Counted from the stretch's first letter, positions 9,621 to 20,190 are shown. The stretch: 34,633 nucleotides of DNA from Escherichia coli (GCF_003334815.1 NZ_QOWO01000038.1), one strand, 5' to 3'. The notes: generated by a model not told the origin, from the sequence alone. Numbers and translations are program-made.

Positions 9621-10539
9621 CACGTTATTAACGTTACGCGACGTCCATATCAATTTCCCGGCCCGTAAAAACTGGCTTGGTAAAACTACGGAACATGTTC
9701 ATGCCATTAATGGTATTGATTTACAGATCCGCCGTGGTGAAACCTTAGGGATCGTCGGCGAGTCAGGCTGCGGCAAAAGCACCCTCGCACAGCTTTTAAT
9801 GGGTATGCTGCAACCGAGCCACGGGCAGTACATCCGTTCTGGCTCACAACGCATTATGCAGATGGTGTTTCAGGACCCGCTCTCTTCGCTTAATCCGCGC
9901 TTACCGGTGTGGCGCATCATCACAGAACCGCTCTGGATAGCTAAGCGTAGTAGTGAACAACAGCGGCGAGCGTTGGCAGAGGAGTTGGCTGTGCAGGTGG
10001 GTATTCGTCCGGAGTATCTCGACCGCCTGCCTCATGCGTTCTCCGGCGGGCAGCGGCAACGTATCGCCATTGCCAGAGCACTCTCTTCGCAGCCTGACGT
10101 GATTGTGCTTGATGAGCCAACCTCTGCGCTGGATATCTCCGTTCAGGCGCAGATCCTCAATTTACTGGTAACGCTACAGGAAAATCACGGGCTGACCTAT
10201 GTGCTGATTTCACACAATGTCTCGGTGATACGTCATATGAGCGATCGGGTGGCGGTGATGTATCTCGGGCAGATTGTAGAACTGGGCGACGCGCAGCAGG
10301 TGCTGACGGCACCTGCACATCCATACACCCGATTATTGCTGGATTCCCTCCCCGCCATTGATAAACCGCTGGAGGAAGAATGGGCATTACGTAAAACGGA
10401 TCTGCCGGGAAACCGCACGTTGCCGCAAGGCTGTTTTTTCTACGAACGTTGCCCGCTGGCAACCCACGGATGTGAAGTCCGGCAATCATTAGCAATAAGG
10501 GAGGACGGACGTGAGCTCCGGTGCTGGCGGGCGCTGTAG
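9613..10539 (+). CDS. ddpF: ABC transporter ATP-binding protein
   Basis: 308-aa ORF, GTG start preceded by AGGAGG; Walker A (GESGCGKS) and FSGGQRQR signature; overlaps the ddpD end by 8 nt. Confidence 0.92.
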   Translation: MSDTLLTLRDVHINFPARKNWLGKTTEHVHAINGIDLQIRRGETLGIVGESGCGKSTLAQLLMGMLQPSHGQYIRSGSQRIMQMVFQDPLSSLNPRLPVWRIITEPLWIAKRSSEQQRRALAEELAVQVGIRPEYLDRLPHAFSGGQRQRIAIARALSSQPDVIVLDEPTSALDISVQAQILNLLVTLQENHGLTYVLISHNVSVIRHMSDRVAVMYLGQIVELGDAQQVLTAPAHPYTRLLLDSLPAIDKPLEEEWALRKTDLPGNRTLPQGCFFYERCPLATHGCEVRQSLAIREDGRELRCWRAL

Positions 10540-10544
10540 AGATG

Positions 10545-10592
10545 CTAACAACGCATCAGGCATTCACGCGCCTGACGCGTCATCCGGCAATG
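10545..10592 (-). repeat. REP-like palindromic element between convergent ddpF and osmC
   Basis: CGCATCAGGC ... GCCTGACGCG ... CATCCGGCA motifs resemble REP consensus fragments; exact boundaries uncertain. Confidence 0.35.
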
Positions 10593-10594
10593 CT

Positions 10595-11026
10595 TTACGA
10601 TTTCAACTGGTAATCCAGCGTAATTTCCGCTTTCAGTACCTGAGAGACCGGGCATCCTGCTTTTGCTTTCTGGATTATGCCGTCAAAGGTAGAGGCATCA
10701 ATACCCGGCACCGCAACTTCACTCTTCAGTGCGATTTTCGTAATCGCAAAACCGGCATCCACTTTATCCAGCGACACATCGGCGGTGGTATCAATCGATG
10801 TTGGCGTGAATCCCGCTTCCCCCAGCATTAATGAAAGCGCCATTGAGAAACATGCGGCATGCGCTGCGCCAATCAGTTCTTCAGGGTTGGTTCCTTTTTC
10901 GCCTTCAAAACGCGTGTTAAATCCATACGGCTGTTGGTTCAGCACGCCACTCTCGGTGGATACTGTTCCCTTCCCGCGTTTGATATCGCCTTCCCAGTGT
11001 GCCTGACCTTTCTTATGGATTGTCAT
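10595..11026 (-). CDS. osmC: Osmotically inducible peroxiredoxin (OsmC/Ohr family)
   Basis: 143-aa ORF on the minus strand; recognised as E. coli OsmC. Confidence 0.95.
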   Translation of the reverse strand: MTIHKKGQAHWEGDIKRGKGTVSTESGVLNQQPYGFNTRFEGEKGTNPEELIGAAHAACFSMALSLMLGEAGFTPTSIDTTADVSLDKVDAGFAITKIALKSEVAVPGIDASTFDGIIQKAKAGCPVSQVLKAEITLDYQLKS

Positions 11027-11089
11027 TGTTGCTCTCCTGTGGGCTTAAAAAGGAAATTATAGACTACGTGAGAAACAGCACGAGGATAA

Positions 11090-11103
11090 GCAGGATATTC
11101 CGA
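11090..11103. promoter_or_regulatory. RcsB-box-like sequence in the osmC-bdm divergent regulatory region
   Basis: GCAGGATATTCCGA is about 10/14 identical to the RcsB box consensus TAAGAATATTCCTA. osmC and bdm are known RcsB-activated genes. Exact site assignment is unverified. Confidence 0.3.
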
Positions 11104-11370
11104 ATAAAATCCGGCGAAAATATTACTTCTGCACTTAAATTAAATTCCCACAATAGATTACCGGGAATATATAACCCAAAAGATATTGTATCAATATTAA
11201 TCGGATCATACCAATCACAATCCCTATGAATATCATGGTGTTAAAATATAAAAATCATCAACCAGGACTAATCTTAACAACGAAGCGGCAAATATTTGCC
11301 ATGCTGAATGTGCTTTATAAATCTGCGATCCGTAGCAGACACCATAAATACACAGACACGGAGAATCACT

Positions 11371-11586
11371 ATGTTTACTTATTATCAGGCAGAAAATTCA
11401 ACAGCAGAACCCGCTCTGGTTAATGCCATTGAGCAAGGCCTTCGGGCACAGCATGGTGTTGTCACTGAAGATGACATTCTCATGGAGCTGACCAAATGGG
11501 TTGAAGCTTCTGATAACGACATCCTCAGTGATATCTACCAGCAAACGATCAATTATGTGGTCAGTGGCCAGCACCCTACGCTTTAA
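11371..11586 (+). CDS. bdm: Biofilm-dependent modulation protein
   Basis: 71-aa ORF (MFTYYQAENSTAEPALV...), the in-frame 3' part of ORF-track entry 11308-11586; recognised as Bdm. Confidence 0.85.
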   Translation: MFTYYQAENSTAEPALVNAIEQGLRAQHGVVTEDDILMELTKWVEASDNDILSDIYQQTINYVVSGQHPTL

Positions 11587-11687
11587 GGTGCTATGCTTGA
11601 TCGGCAACCTAATTTAGGGGTTTAGCACGTGTTTCTTCGCTACGGCGATGTTGTCCTTAAAACTAGCTACAGGATTGAGGAGTTAAA

Positions 11688-11825
11688 ATGAAATCGAACC
11701 GTCAGGCACGTCATATTCTTGGACTGGACCATAAAATTTCTAACCAGCGCAAAATAGTTACCGAAGGTGACAAATCCAGCGTAGTAAATAACCCAACCGG
11801 CAGAAAACGCCCCGCTGAAAAGTAA
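11688..11825 (+). CDS. sra: Stationary-phase-induced ribosome-associated protein (30S subunit protein S22)
   Basis: 45-aa [48 protein letters not shown], not in the ORF track because it is short; preceded by GAGGAG and followed by a strong terminator. Confidence 0.85.
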
Positions 11826-11856
11826 TTCATAACCATCAGTCCTCAATGACGATTAA

Positions 11857-11890
11857 ACACCATTGCCTGCGCAATGGTGTTTTTGTTTTT
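11857..11890 (+). terminator. Rho-independent terminator after sra
   Basis: 10-bp perfect stem ACACCATTGC / GCAATGGTGT, 4-nt loop, followed by TTTTGTTTTT. Confidence 0.85.
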
Positions 11891-11980
11891 ATCTGCTTTA
11901 TACTTGAGGCCGACGCCCTGGCGGTAAAGCAAAGACGATAAAAGCCCCCAGGGATGGATATTCAAAAAAGAGTGAGTGAC

Positions 11981-13678
11981 ATGGAACCAAAAACAAAAAA
12001 ACAGCGTTCGCTTTATATCCCTTACGCTGGCCCTGTACTGCTGGAATTTCCGTTGTTGAATAAAGGCAGTGCCTTCAGCATGGAAGAACGCCGTAACTTC
12101 AACCTGCTGGGGTTACTGCCGGAAGTGGTCGAAACCATCGAAGAACAAGCGGAACGAGCATGGATCCAGTATCAGGGATTCAAAACCGAAATCGACAAAC
12201 ACATCTACCTGCGTAACATCCAGGACACTAACGAAACCCTCTTCTACCGTCTGGTAAACAATCATCTTGATGAGATGATGCCTGTTATTTATACCCCAAC
12301 CGTCGGCGCAGCCTGTGAGCGTTTTTCTGAGATCTACCGCCGTTCACGCGGCGTGTTTATCTCTTACCAGAACCGGCACAATATGGACGATATTCTGCAA
12401 AACGTGCCGAACCATAATATTAAAGTGATTGTGGTGACTGACGGTGAACGCATTCTGGGGCTTGGTGACCAGGGCATCGGCGGGATGGGCATTCCGATCG
12501 GTAAACTGTCGCTCTATACCGCCTGTGGCGGCATCAGCCCGGCGTATACCCTTCCGGTGGTGCTGGATGTCGGAACGAACAACCAACAGCTGCTTAACGA
12601 TCCGCTGTATATGGGCTGGCGTAATCCGCGTATCACTGACGACGAATACTATGAATTCGTTGATGAATTTATCCAGGCTGTGAAACAACGCTGGCCAGAC
12701 GTGCTGTTGCAGTTTGAAGACTTTGCTCAAAAAAATGCGATGCCGTTACTTAACCGCTATCGCAATGAAATTTGTTCTTTTAACGATGACATTCAGGGCA
12801 CTGCGGCGGTAACAGTCGGCACACTGATCGCAGCAAGCCGCGCGGCAGGTGGTCAGTTAAGCGAGAAAAAAATCGTCTTCCTTGGCGCAGGTTCAGCGGG
12901 ATGCGGCATTGCCGAAATGATCATCTCCCAGACCCAGCGCGAAGGATTAAGCGAGGAAGCGGCGCGGCAGAAAGTCTTTATGGTCGATCGCTTTGGCTTG
13001 CTGACTGACAAGATGCCGAACCTGCTGCCTTTCCAGACCAAACTGGTGCAGAAGCGCGAAAACCTCAGTGACTGGGATACCGACAGCGATGTGCTGTCAC
13101 TGCTGGATGTGGTGCGCAATGTAAAACCAGATATTCTGATTGGCGTCTCAGGACAGACCGGGCTGTTTACGGAAGAGATCATCCGTGAGATGCATAAACA
13201 CTGTCCGCGTCCGATCGTGATGCCGCTGTCTAACCCGACGTCACGCGTGGAAGCCACACCGCAGGACATTATCGCCTGGACCGAAGGTAACGCGCTGGTC
13301 GCCACGGGCAGCCCGTTTAATCCAGTGGTATGGAAAGATAAAATCTACCCTATCGCCCAGTGTAACAACGCCTTTATTTTCCCGGGCATCGGCCTGGGTG
13401 TTATTGCTTCCGGCGCGTCACGTATCACCGATGAGATGCTGATGTCGGCAAGTGAAACGCTGGCGCAGTATTCACCATTGGTGCTGAACGGCGAAGGTAT
13501 GGTACTGCCGGAACTGAAAGATATTCAGAAAGTCTCCCGCGCAATTGCGTTTGCGGTTGGCAAAATGGCGCAGCAGCAAGGCGTGGCGGTGAAAACCTCT
13601 GCCGAAGCCCTGCAACAGGCCATTGACGATAATTTCTGGCAAGCCGAATACCGCGACTACCGCCGTACCTCCATCTAA
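11981..13678 (+). CDS. maeA: NAD-dependent malic enzyme
   Basis: ORF-track frame 11954-13678; start placed at the second ATG ([19 protein letters not shown]...) giving 565 aa. The upstream ATG at 11954 is an alternative. Confidence 0.93.
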   Translation: MEPKTKKQRSLYIPYAGPVLLEFPLLNKGSAFSMEERRNFNLLGLLPEVVETIEEQAERAWIQYQGFKTEIDKHIYLRNIQDTNETLFYRLVNNHLDEMMPVIYTPTVGAACERFSEIYRRSRGVFISYQNRHNMDDILQNVPNHNIKVIVVTDGERILGLGDQGIGGMGIPIGKLSLYTACGGISPAYTLPVVLDVGTNNQQLLNDPLYMGWRNPRITDDEYYEFVDEFIQAVKQRWPDVLLQFEDFAQKNAMPLLNRYRNEICSFNDDIQGTAAVTVGTLIAASRAAGGQLSEKKIVFLGAGSAGCGIAEMIISQTQREGLSEEAARQKVFMVDRFGLLTDKMPNLLPFQTKLVQKRENLSDWDTDSDVLSLLDVVRNVKPDILIGVSGQTGLFTEEIIREMHKHCPRPIVMPLSNPTSRVEATPQDIIAWTEGNALVATGSPFNPVVWKDKIYPIAQCNNAFIFPGIGLGVIASGASRITDEMLMSASETLAQYSPLVLNGEGMVLPELKDIQKVSRAIAFAVGKMAQQQGVAVKTSAEALQQAIDDNFWQAEYRDYRRTSI

Positions 13679-13685
13679 GCCTGCG

Positions 13686-13727
13686 CCCGGTAGTGAAGGC
13701 TACCGGGCTATTTCCCTCTCCCTTTTT
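13686..13727 (+). terminator. Hairpin (CCCGGTAG / CTACCGGG) followed by a T-rich stretch; candidate maeA terminator
   Basis: 8-bp stem and 6-nt loop 8 nt after the maeA stop; the T-run (CCTTTTT) lies a few nucleotides downstream. Confidence 0.5.
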
Positions 13728-13811
13728 CAGATCTCATCCATACTGGGTAGTGGCGAATAAATCTCATTTGCCTCACCTGCTATGCAGAACATCATCCGAA
13801 AAGGAGGAACT

Positions 13812-14822
13812 ATGAAGGCTGCAGTTGTTACGAAGGATCATCATGTTGACGTTACGTATAAAACACTGCGCTCACTGAAACATGGCGAAGCCCTGCTGAA
13901 AATGGAGTGTTGTGGTGTATGTCATACCGATCTTCATGTTAAGAATGGCGATTTTGGTGACAAAACCGGCGTAATTCTGGGCCATGAAGGCATCGGTGTG
14001 GTGGCAGAAGTGGGTCCTGGTGTCACCTCATTAAAACCAGGCGATCGTGCCAGCGTGGCGTGGTTCTACGAAGGATGCGGTCATTGCGAATACTGTAACA
14101 GTGGTAACGAAACGCTCTGCCGTTCAGTTAAAAATGCCGGATACAGCGTTGATGGCGGGATGGCGGAAGAGTGCATCGTGGTCGCCGATTACGCGGTAAA
14201 AGTGCCAGATGGTCTGGACTCGGCGGCGGCCAGCAGCATTACCTGTGCGGGAGTCACCACCTACAAAGCCGTTAAGCTGTCAAAAATTCGTCCAGGGCAG
14301 TGGATTGCTATCTACGGTCTTGGCGGTCTGGGTAACCTCGCCCTGCAATACGCGAAGAATGTCTTTAACGCCAAAGTGATCGCCATTGATGTCAATGATG
14401 AGCAGTTAAAACTGGCAACCGAAATGGGCGCAGATTTAGCGATTAACTCACACACCGAAGACGCCGCCAAAATTGTGCAGGAGAAAACTGGTGGCGCTCA
14501 CGCTGCGGTGGTAACAGCGGTAGCTAAAGCTGCGTTTAACTCGGCAGTTGATGCTGTCCGTGCAGGCGGTCGTGTTGTGGCTGTCGGTCTACCGCCGGAG
14601 TCTATGAGCCTGGATATCCCACGTCTTGTGCTGGATGGTATTGAAGTGGTCGGTTCGCTGGTCGGCACGCGCCAGGATTTAACTGAAGCCTTCCAGTTTG
14701 CCGCCGAAGGTAAAGTGGTGCCGAAAGTCGCCCTGCGTCCGTTAGCGGACATCAACACCATCTTTACTGAGATGGAAGAAGGCAAAATCCGTGGCCGCAT
14801 GGTGATTGATTTCCGTCACTAA
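13812..14822 (+). CDS. adhP: Zinc-dependent alcohol dehydrogenase (propanol-preferring)
   Basis: ORF-track frame 13782-14822; start placed at ATG 13812, directly after AAGGAGG ([12 protein letters not shown]...), 336 aa. Zinc-ligand motifs ([13 protein letters not shown]) present. Confidence 0.93.
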   Translation: MKAAVVTKDHHVDVTYKTLRSLKHGEALLKMECCGVCHTDLHVKNGDFGDKTGVILGHEGIGVVAEVGPGVTSLKPGDRASVAWFYEGCGHCEYCNSGNETLCRSVKNAGYSVDGGMAEECIVVADYAVKVPDGLDSAAASSITCAGVTTYKAVKLSKIRPGQWIAIYGLGGLGNLALQYAKNVFNAKVIAIDVNDEQLKLATEMGADLAINSHTEDAAKIVQEKTGGAHAAVVTAVAKAAFNSAVDAVRAGGRVVAVGLPPESMSLDIPRLVLDGIEVVGSLVGTRQDLTEAFQFAAEGKVVPKVALRPLADINTIFTEMEEGKIRGRMVIDFRH

Positions 14823-14831
14823 GAGGCCTTT

Positions 14832-14859
14832 GCTGCGACTGCCATGTTCGGGTCGCAGC
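14832..14859 (+). other. Hairpin after adhP (GCTGCGAC / GTCGCAGC, 12-nt loop) with no following T-tract
   Basis: Read directly; without a U-tract it may be an RNA-stability element rather than an efficient terminator. Confidence 0.3.
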
Positions 14860-14967
14860 ATCGCACACTCTCCAACATGAAATGGCTAAATGGATTATTG
14901 TTGCGTAGGAAGGAACAATAATGATAGTGTTCCCAGTGAAGGAACGCTACTGAGAGTAAAGACACTA

Positions 14968-15252
14968 ATGAAAATGGCCAATCATCCCCGCCCGGGGGAC
15001 ATTATTCAGGAATCACTGGACGAACTTAATGTCAGCCTGCGCGAGTTTGCCAGAGCAATGGAAATTGCTCCCTCAACGGCAAGCCGATTGCTGACAGGAA
15101 AAGCAGCTTTGACGCCAGAAATGGCGATTAAACTTTCCGTGGTGATCGGCAGTTCGCCGCAAATGTGGCTGAATCTGCAAAACGCCTGGAGTCTGGCAGA
15201 GGCAGAAAAAACAGTGGATGTGTCGCGATTACGCCGTCTGGTTACGCAATAA
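14968..15252 (+). CDS. yddM: HigA-family antitoxin-like HTH (Xre-type) DNA-binding protein
   Basis: ORF-track frame 14890-15252; start placed at ATG 14968 ([17 protein letters not shown]...), 94 aa. Small HTH protein typical of HigA/VapI antitoxins; recognised as YddM. Confidence 0.8.
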
Positions 15253-15254
15253 AA

Positions 15255-15280
15255 AAATGGCACTTTATAAAGCGCCATTT
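15255..15280. terminator. Near-perfect palindrome AAATGGCACTTTA|TAAAGCGCCATTT; candidate bidirectional intrinsic terminator after yddM
   Basis: Begins 3 nt after the yddM stop; A-run before and T-run after the stem allow function on either strand. Confidence 0.55.
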
Positions 15281-15304
15281 AGAACTGATGACAAACGCAA
15301 CATT

Positions 15305-15410
15305 GCCTGATGCGCTACGCTTATCAGGCCTACACGTTCACTGCAATCTATTGGATTTGAAGGGTTTTCATGCCGGATAAGGCGTTCACGCCGCATCCGG
15401 CATGAACAAA
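15305..15410. repeat. BIME: two REP elements in inverted orientation
   Basis: GCCTGATGCGCTACGCTTATCAGGCCTAC (15305-15333) and TGCCGGATAAGGCGTTCACGCCGCATCCGGCA (15371-15402) match the REP consensus families. Confidence 0.75.
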
Positions 15411-15431
15411 GCCTACGTTGTCTACAATATG

Positions 15432-15459
15432 AAAATGGCGCCTTTTACAGCGCCATTTT
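15432..15459 (-). terminator. Rho-independent terminator after fdnI (bidirectional-type hairpin)
   Basis: 10-bp stem AAAATGGCGC / GCGCCATTTT with 8-nt loop, 22 nt past the fdnI stop; the A/T runs are part of the stem arms. Confidence 0.6.
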
Positions 15460-15480
15460 CAGCTTAAAGTTCAAAAGAGA

Positions 15481-16134
15481 TTATATCCCTTCTTCACTCT
15501 CTTTTTTCGCTTCTGCCTTCTCGATTTCACGATACCAGCGCGGATGGTGTTTCTTCGCCCAGCGACGACTTACCTTCCCTTCGATCATCCCTTTAATCGA
15601 TCCTTTCACCCAAAATGCCATATACATATGGATCAGGATGGCGTGGATCAGGATGATACCCGCAGCCGCGTGGATCAGCAGGCTGTAGCGAACAACCTGC
15701 ATCGGGAAGTACTGCGCAAAGTACGGACGCCAGATAATCACCCCGGTCACCAGCAGCACGAAAATCATGCTCATGATCGACCAGAACATCATCTTTTGCC
15801 CGGCGTTGTACTTACCGACATCCGCCACTTTATGCTCATTGCCTTTCAATACTTCGACAATGTTCAACAGCCACGGAATATCTTTCTTATCCGGGATGTT
15901 GTGATGCACAAAACGCACAAACATAAACATCAGTGCGACGAAAATCGCAATGCCGAAGAACGGGTGCAAAATGCGTCCCATCTGCGGCGTACCGAAGGTT
16001 TGCGTCAGCCATTGCAGCGTCGGGAAGAAGAACGAAATCCCGGACAGCGCCACCAGGAAGAAGCAAATCACCACGGTCCAGTGACAGGCGCGATCAATAA
16101 ATTTGGTGCGCACAATCATTTTCGACTTACTCAT
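15481..16134 (-). CDS. fdnI: Formate dehydrogenase-N gamma subunit (cytochrome b556)
   Basis: ORF-track frame 15481-16176; start placed at ATG 16134 ([20 protein letters not shown]...), 217 aa; overlaps the fdnH 3' end by 8 nt. Confidence 0.9.
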
Positions 16135-17011
16135 GATGATCCTCCTCGTCATCGTCCACTTCCTTATTCGGGCCAATACCGATGTAGTGGAAAATCAACC
16201 CGGCAAAAGTGGCAATAAAGCCAGCCGCTGCCAGCGGTTTCAACGCGCCTTTCCACAGGCTTACCGAGGTGTCGATCTTCGGATCTTTCGGCAGACCGTG
16301 ATACAGCTCCGGCTGATCGGCGTGATGCAGCACGTACATAACGTGCGTACCACCGACCCCTTCCGGGTTGTAGACGCCAGCATGTTCGTAACCACGCGCT
16401 TTCAGTTTCGCCACGCGCTGTTCCGCCAGCTCCAGCATCTCCTTCTTGGTGCCGAAGTGGATAGCCCCGGTCGGACAGGTTTTCACACAAGCCGGTTCCT
16501 GGCCGACGCTGACGCGATCGACGCAGAGCGTGCATTTATATACCCGGTTATCCTCTTTGTTGAGGCGCGGAATATTAAACGGACACCCGGCAATGCAGTA
16601 ACCACAGCCGATGCAGTTTTCCGACTGGAAATCGACAATCCCGTTAGCGTACTGAATGATTGCACCAGCAGACGGGCACGCCTTCAGGCAGCCGGGATCT
16701 TCACAGTGCATACAGCCGTCTTTACGGATCAGCCACTCCAGCTTGCCGTTCTGTTCGGTTTCGCTAAAGCGCATCACCGTCCAGGACTTGGCGCTCAGAT
16801 CGGCGGGGTTATCGTAAACCCCGACGCAGTGCCCCACTTCATCACGGATGTCGTTCCACTCCGAACACGCCACCTGACAGGCTTTACAGCCGATACAGGT
16901 GGAAACGTCGATAAGTTTTGCGACTTCTGCTTTGTAATCACGCACCTGAGAAGGCGGCGTGATGGAGTTAGTTGCGGACCTTTTGATAATGTCCTGCGTT
17001 TCCATAGCCAT
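16127..17011 (-). CDS. fdnH: Formate dehydrogenase-N beta subunit (4Fe-4S ferredoxin-type)
   Basis: 294-aa ORF with multiple CxxCxxCxxxCP iron-sulfur motifs. Confidence 0.95.
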   Translation of the reverse strand: MAMETQDIIKRSATNSITPPSQVRDYKAEVAKLIDVSTCIGCKACQVACSEWNDIRDEVGHCVGVYDNPADLSAKSWTVMRFSETEQNGKLEWLIRKDGCMHCEDPGCLKACPSAGAIIQYANGIVDFQSENCIGCGYCIAGCPFNIPRLNKEDNRVYKCTLCVDRVSVGQEPACVKTCPTGAIHFGTKKEMLELAEQRVAKLKARGYEHAGVYNPEGVGGTHVMYVLHHADQPELYHGLPKDPKIDTSVSLWKGALKPLAAAGFIATFAGLIFHYIGIGPNKEVDDDEEDHHE

Positions 17012-17023
17012 CTGTTCGCCCCC

Positions 17024-20000
17024 TTACGCCTTCTCGATGTTGACTAAGAACGCTTTATATTCCGGCGTTTGCGAGTTTGCATCACCGACATTCGGCGTCA
17101 GAGTGTTAGCGATATAACCTTTACGCGCGACACCCTCAAAGCCCCAGTGGATTGGAATACCCACCGTTTCAACCTGCTGACCATTTACATTCAGCGGTTT
17201 CAGACGACGCGTTACCACAGCCACCGCGCGGATAAAGCCACGCTTGCTGGAGACAGTGACACGATCGCCATTATTAATGCCTTTCGCCGCCGCCAGCGTT
17301 TCGCTGATTTCCACAAACTGTTCCGGCTGAGCAATTGCGTTGAGCAATGCGTGCTTGGTCCAGGTGTGGAAGTGCTCGGTCAGACGATAGGTCGTACCCA
17401 CATACGGGAACTGCTCTTTTTTACCCATCCGCAGCGCGTCTTGTTCATACAGACGAACAACCGGGTTAGACACCACGTTCGGATGCAGCGGGTTAGTGCC
17501 CAGCGGCGTTTCAATCGGCTCGTAGTGTTCCGGGAACGGACCTTCCGCCATTTTGTTGATGGCAAACAGGCGTCCCATCCCTTCCGGCTGCATGATAAAC
17601 GGCCCGGTTGGCGTACCCGGTGCGGCATTGCCGAAGTCAGGAATATCGTTACCCGTCCACTTGCTGCCGTTCCACTGGATCAGCATCCGTTTCGGATCCC
17701 ACGGTTTACCGTTGATATCCGCCGAAGCACGGTTGTACAGCACGCGACGGTTGAGCGGCCACGCCCAGGCCCATCCCAGCGTATTCCCCAGACCGGACGG
17801 GTCGGAGTTATCGCGGTTAGCCATCTGGTTGCCCTGCTCTGTCCAGCTACCGGTGTAGATCCAGCAAGAAGATGCGGTTGTACCGTCATCACGCAGATGC
17901 GCAAAGCTACTCAGCAACTGACCTTTCTTCGCAATAAGCACGCCATTAGCGTCATAGAGATCTTCCAGCGCGTAGCCGTTGTTCTCTTTAGCCACTTCGT
18001 CAGATTGCGGTTCGTGCGGCTGCTTGTAGTTCCAGCTCATCTTCATCAGCGGTTCTACGCCTTTACCACCTTCGGACTGGTACAGCTCGCGCAGATGATG
18101 GTAGATACCCGCCAGAATTTCACCGTCGTTACGCGCTTCGCCCGGCGCGTCCTGACCTTTCCAGTGCCACTGCAACCAGCGACCGGAGTTAGCGATAGAA
18201 CCATCTTCTTCAGCAAAGCAGGTCGAAGGCAGACGGAATACTTCAGTCTGAATAGACGCCGGATCGACATCGTTCGACTCACCGTGGTTCTGCCAGAAGG
18301 TAGAGGTTTCAGTCACCAGCGGATCGATAACCACCATGTACTTCAGCTTGCTCAGGCAGCTCACCACTTTGTTTTTGTCCGGGAAGGACGCAACCGGGTT
18401 AAAGCCCTGGCAGAAATAACCGGTGACTTTGCCTTCATCCATCATGTTGAAATACTTGATGACGTCGTAGGTCTGGTCCCACTTCGGCAGCCAGTCATAG
18501 CCCCAGTTGTTCTCTTTCTGCGCGGCATCGCCATAGAAAGATTTCATCAGGCTAACGAAGAACTTCGGATAGTTGCTCCAGTAGTTCACCTGATCAGCCA
18601 GCGTCGCTTTCGGCGTGTTCGCTTCCAGATACGACTGCAAATCAACCTGTTTTTCTGACGGCAGCGTCAGATAACCTGGCAGGCTGGTAGAGAGCAGGCC
18701 TAAGTCAGTCAAGCCCTGAATGTTGGAGTGACCACGCAATGCGTTCACGCCGCCACCGGCCATACCCATGTTACCGAGCAGCAACTGGATCATCGCCATA
18801 GTACGGATGTTCTGCGCACCCACAGTGTGCTGCGTCCAGCCCAGCGCGTACAGGAAGGTGGTTGTGCGATCCGGTGCGCTGGTGGAGGCCAGCACTTCAC
18901 ACACTTTCAGGAAGTCGGCTTTTGGCGTACCGCAGATGTTTTCAACGACGTCCGGCGTGTAGCGGGAAACGTGCTCTTTCAGCAGGTTCCACACACAGCG
19001 CGGATGAGTCAGTGTTTCATCGCGTTTCGCATAGCCGTTTTCATCGAACTGATAGTTCCAGGACGATTTATCGTATTGACGTTTTTCAGCGTCGTAGCCG
19101 CTGAACAGACCGTCTTCGAAAGCAAAATCATCACGCACCAGCAGGCTGGCGTTGGTGTAATGCTTAACGTATTCGGCGTTGATTTTGTTGTTTTCGATCA
19201 GGTAGCGCAAAACGCCAGACAGGAACGTAATGTCCGTACCGGAACGAATAGGCGCGTAAATATCCGCCACAGAAGCGGTACGCGTAAAACGGGGATCGAC
19301 AACGATCAAGGTTGCGTCGTTGTTGTTTTTCGCTTCCATCGCCCAGCGGAAACCGACGGGATGCGCTTCAGCAGCGTTACCGCCCATCACCATCACGACG
19401 TTAGCGTTTTTGATATCCACCCAGTGGTTGGTCATCGCACCGCGACCAAATGTTGGAGCAAGACTTGCTACCGTTGGTCCGTGTCAGACGCGCGCCTGGT
19501 TGTCTACCGCCAGCATCCCGAGGGAGCGGGCAAATTTCTGGGTCAGCATCCCGGTTTCGTTGCTGGCACCGGAGGCACACAGCATACCGGTAGAAAGCCA
19601 ACGGTTTACCGTTACGCCCTGCTCGTTCTTTTCAATAAAGTTAGCGTCACGGTCAGCTTTCATCAGCTTCGCAATACGGGAGAATGCTTCTTCCCAGCTA
19701 ATGCGCTGCCATTTGTCAGAACCTGGCGCACGATATTCCGGGTAGCGCAGACGGTTTTCACTGTTGACGTAATCCAGCAAACCGGCCCCTTTCGGGCACA
19801 GCGCACCACGGCTTACCGGATGATCCGGGTCACCTTCAATGTGATAAATCGCTTCTCTGGCGTTTTTTGCGCCATCACCCAGGCTATACATCAATAGCCC
19901 GCAACCTACGGAACAGTATGTGCAGGTGTTACGGATCTCTTTAGCGCGTAATAATTTGTAGTTTCGCGCCTGAGCCAGTGCTTGCTTCGGGGCAAAGCCC

Positions 20001-20071
20001 AATGCCGCTACTGTTGTTCCAGCCATACCGCCCGCGCAGATTTTAAAAAATTGTCTGCGACTGACGTCCAT
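17024..20071 (-). CDS. fdnG: Formate dehydrogenase-N alpha subunit, selenocysteine-containing molybdoenzyme with Tat signal peptide
   Basis: Two ORF-track pieces (19484-20071 and 17024-19435) are in the same frame, separated only by TGA at 19484-19486 (minus strand) and 16 sense codons. The N-terminus has the twin-arginine motif SRRQFFK. Read as one 1015-codon gene with UGA = Sec. Confidence 0.93.
19440..19483 (-). other. SECIS element directing selenocysteine insertion at the fdnG UGA
   Basis: Bacterial SECIS lies immediately 3' of the UGA. The mRNA here contains a GCAAGUCUUGC mini-helix resembling the fdhF-type SECIS apical region. Fold not computed. Confidence 0.55.
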
Positions 20072-20190
20072 TGCTTTCCTCTTTTTTCAGGGGTATTACT
20101 GCGCGAGGAAACTAACAGTAAAATTCTGAATCTTTTTGCGCGAAATCAAAAAGAACATCTGTTTGCCACAAAATAATCCGCCTTCGCAAA

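Noticed and set aside
10511-11006. Plus-strand ORFs (106 aa and 109 aa) across osmC
   Set aside because: Antisense to osmC, which is a confidently recognised 143-aa protein; no independent support.
17069-18658. 529-aa ORF on the plus strand (also 18728-19897, 389 aa, and 16103-17047, 314 aa)
   Set aside because: Lies entirely antisense inside fdnG/fdnH, which have strong domain and motif support. Translations are Arg/His/Val-rich with no recognisable motifs, typical of spurious open frames opposite GC-rich genes.
19436-19486. fdnG as a frameshifted or nonsense-disrupted pseudogene
   Set aside because: The two pieces are in the same frame separated by a single TGA at the known selenocysteine position of formate dehydrogenases, with a SECIS-like sequence downstream.
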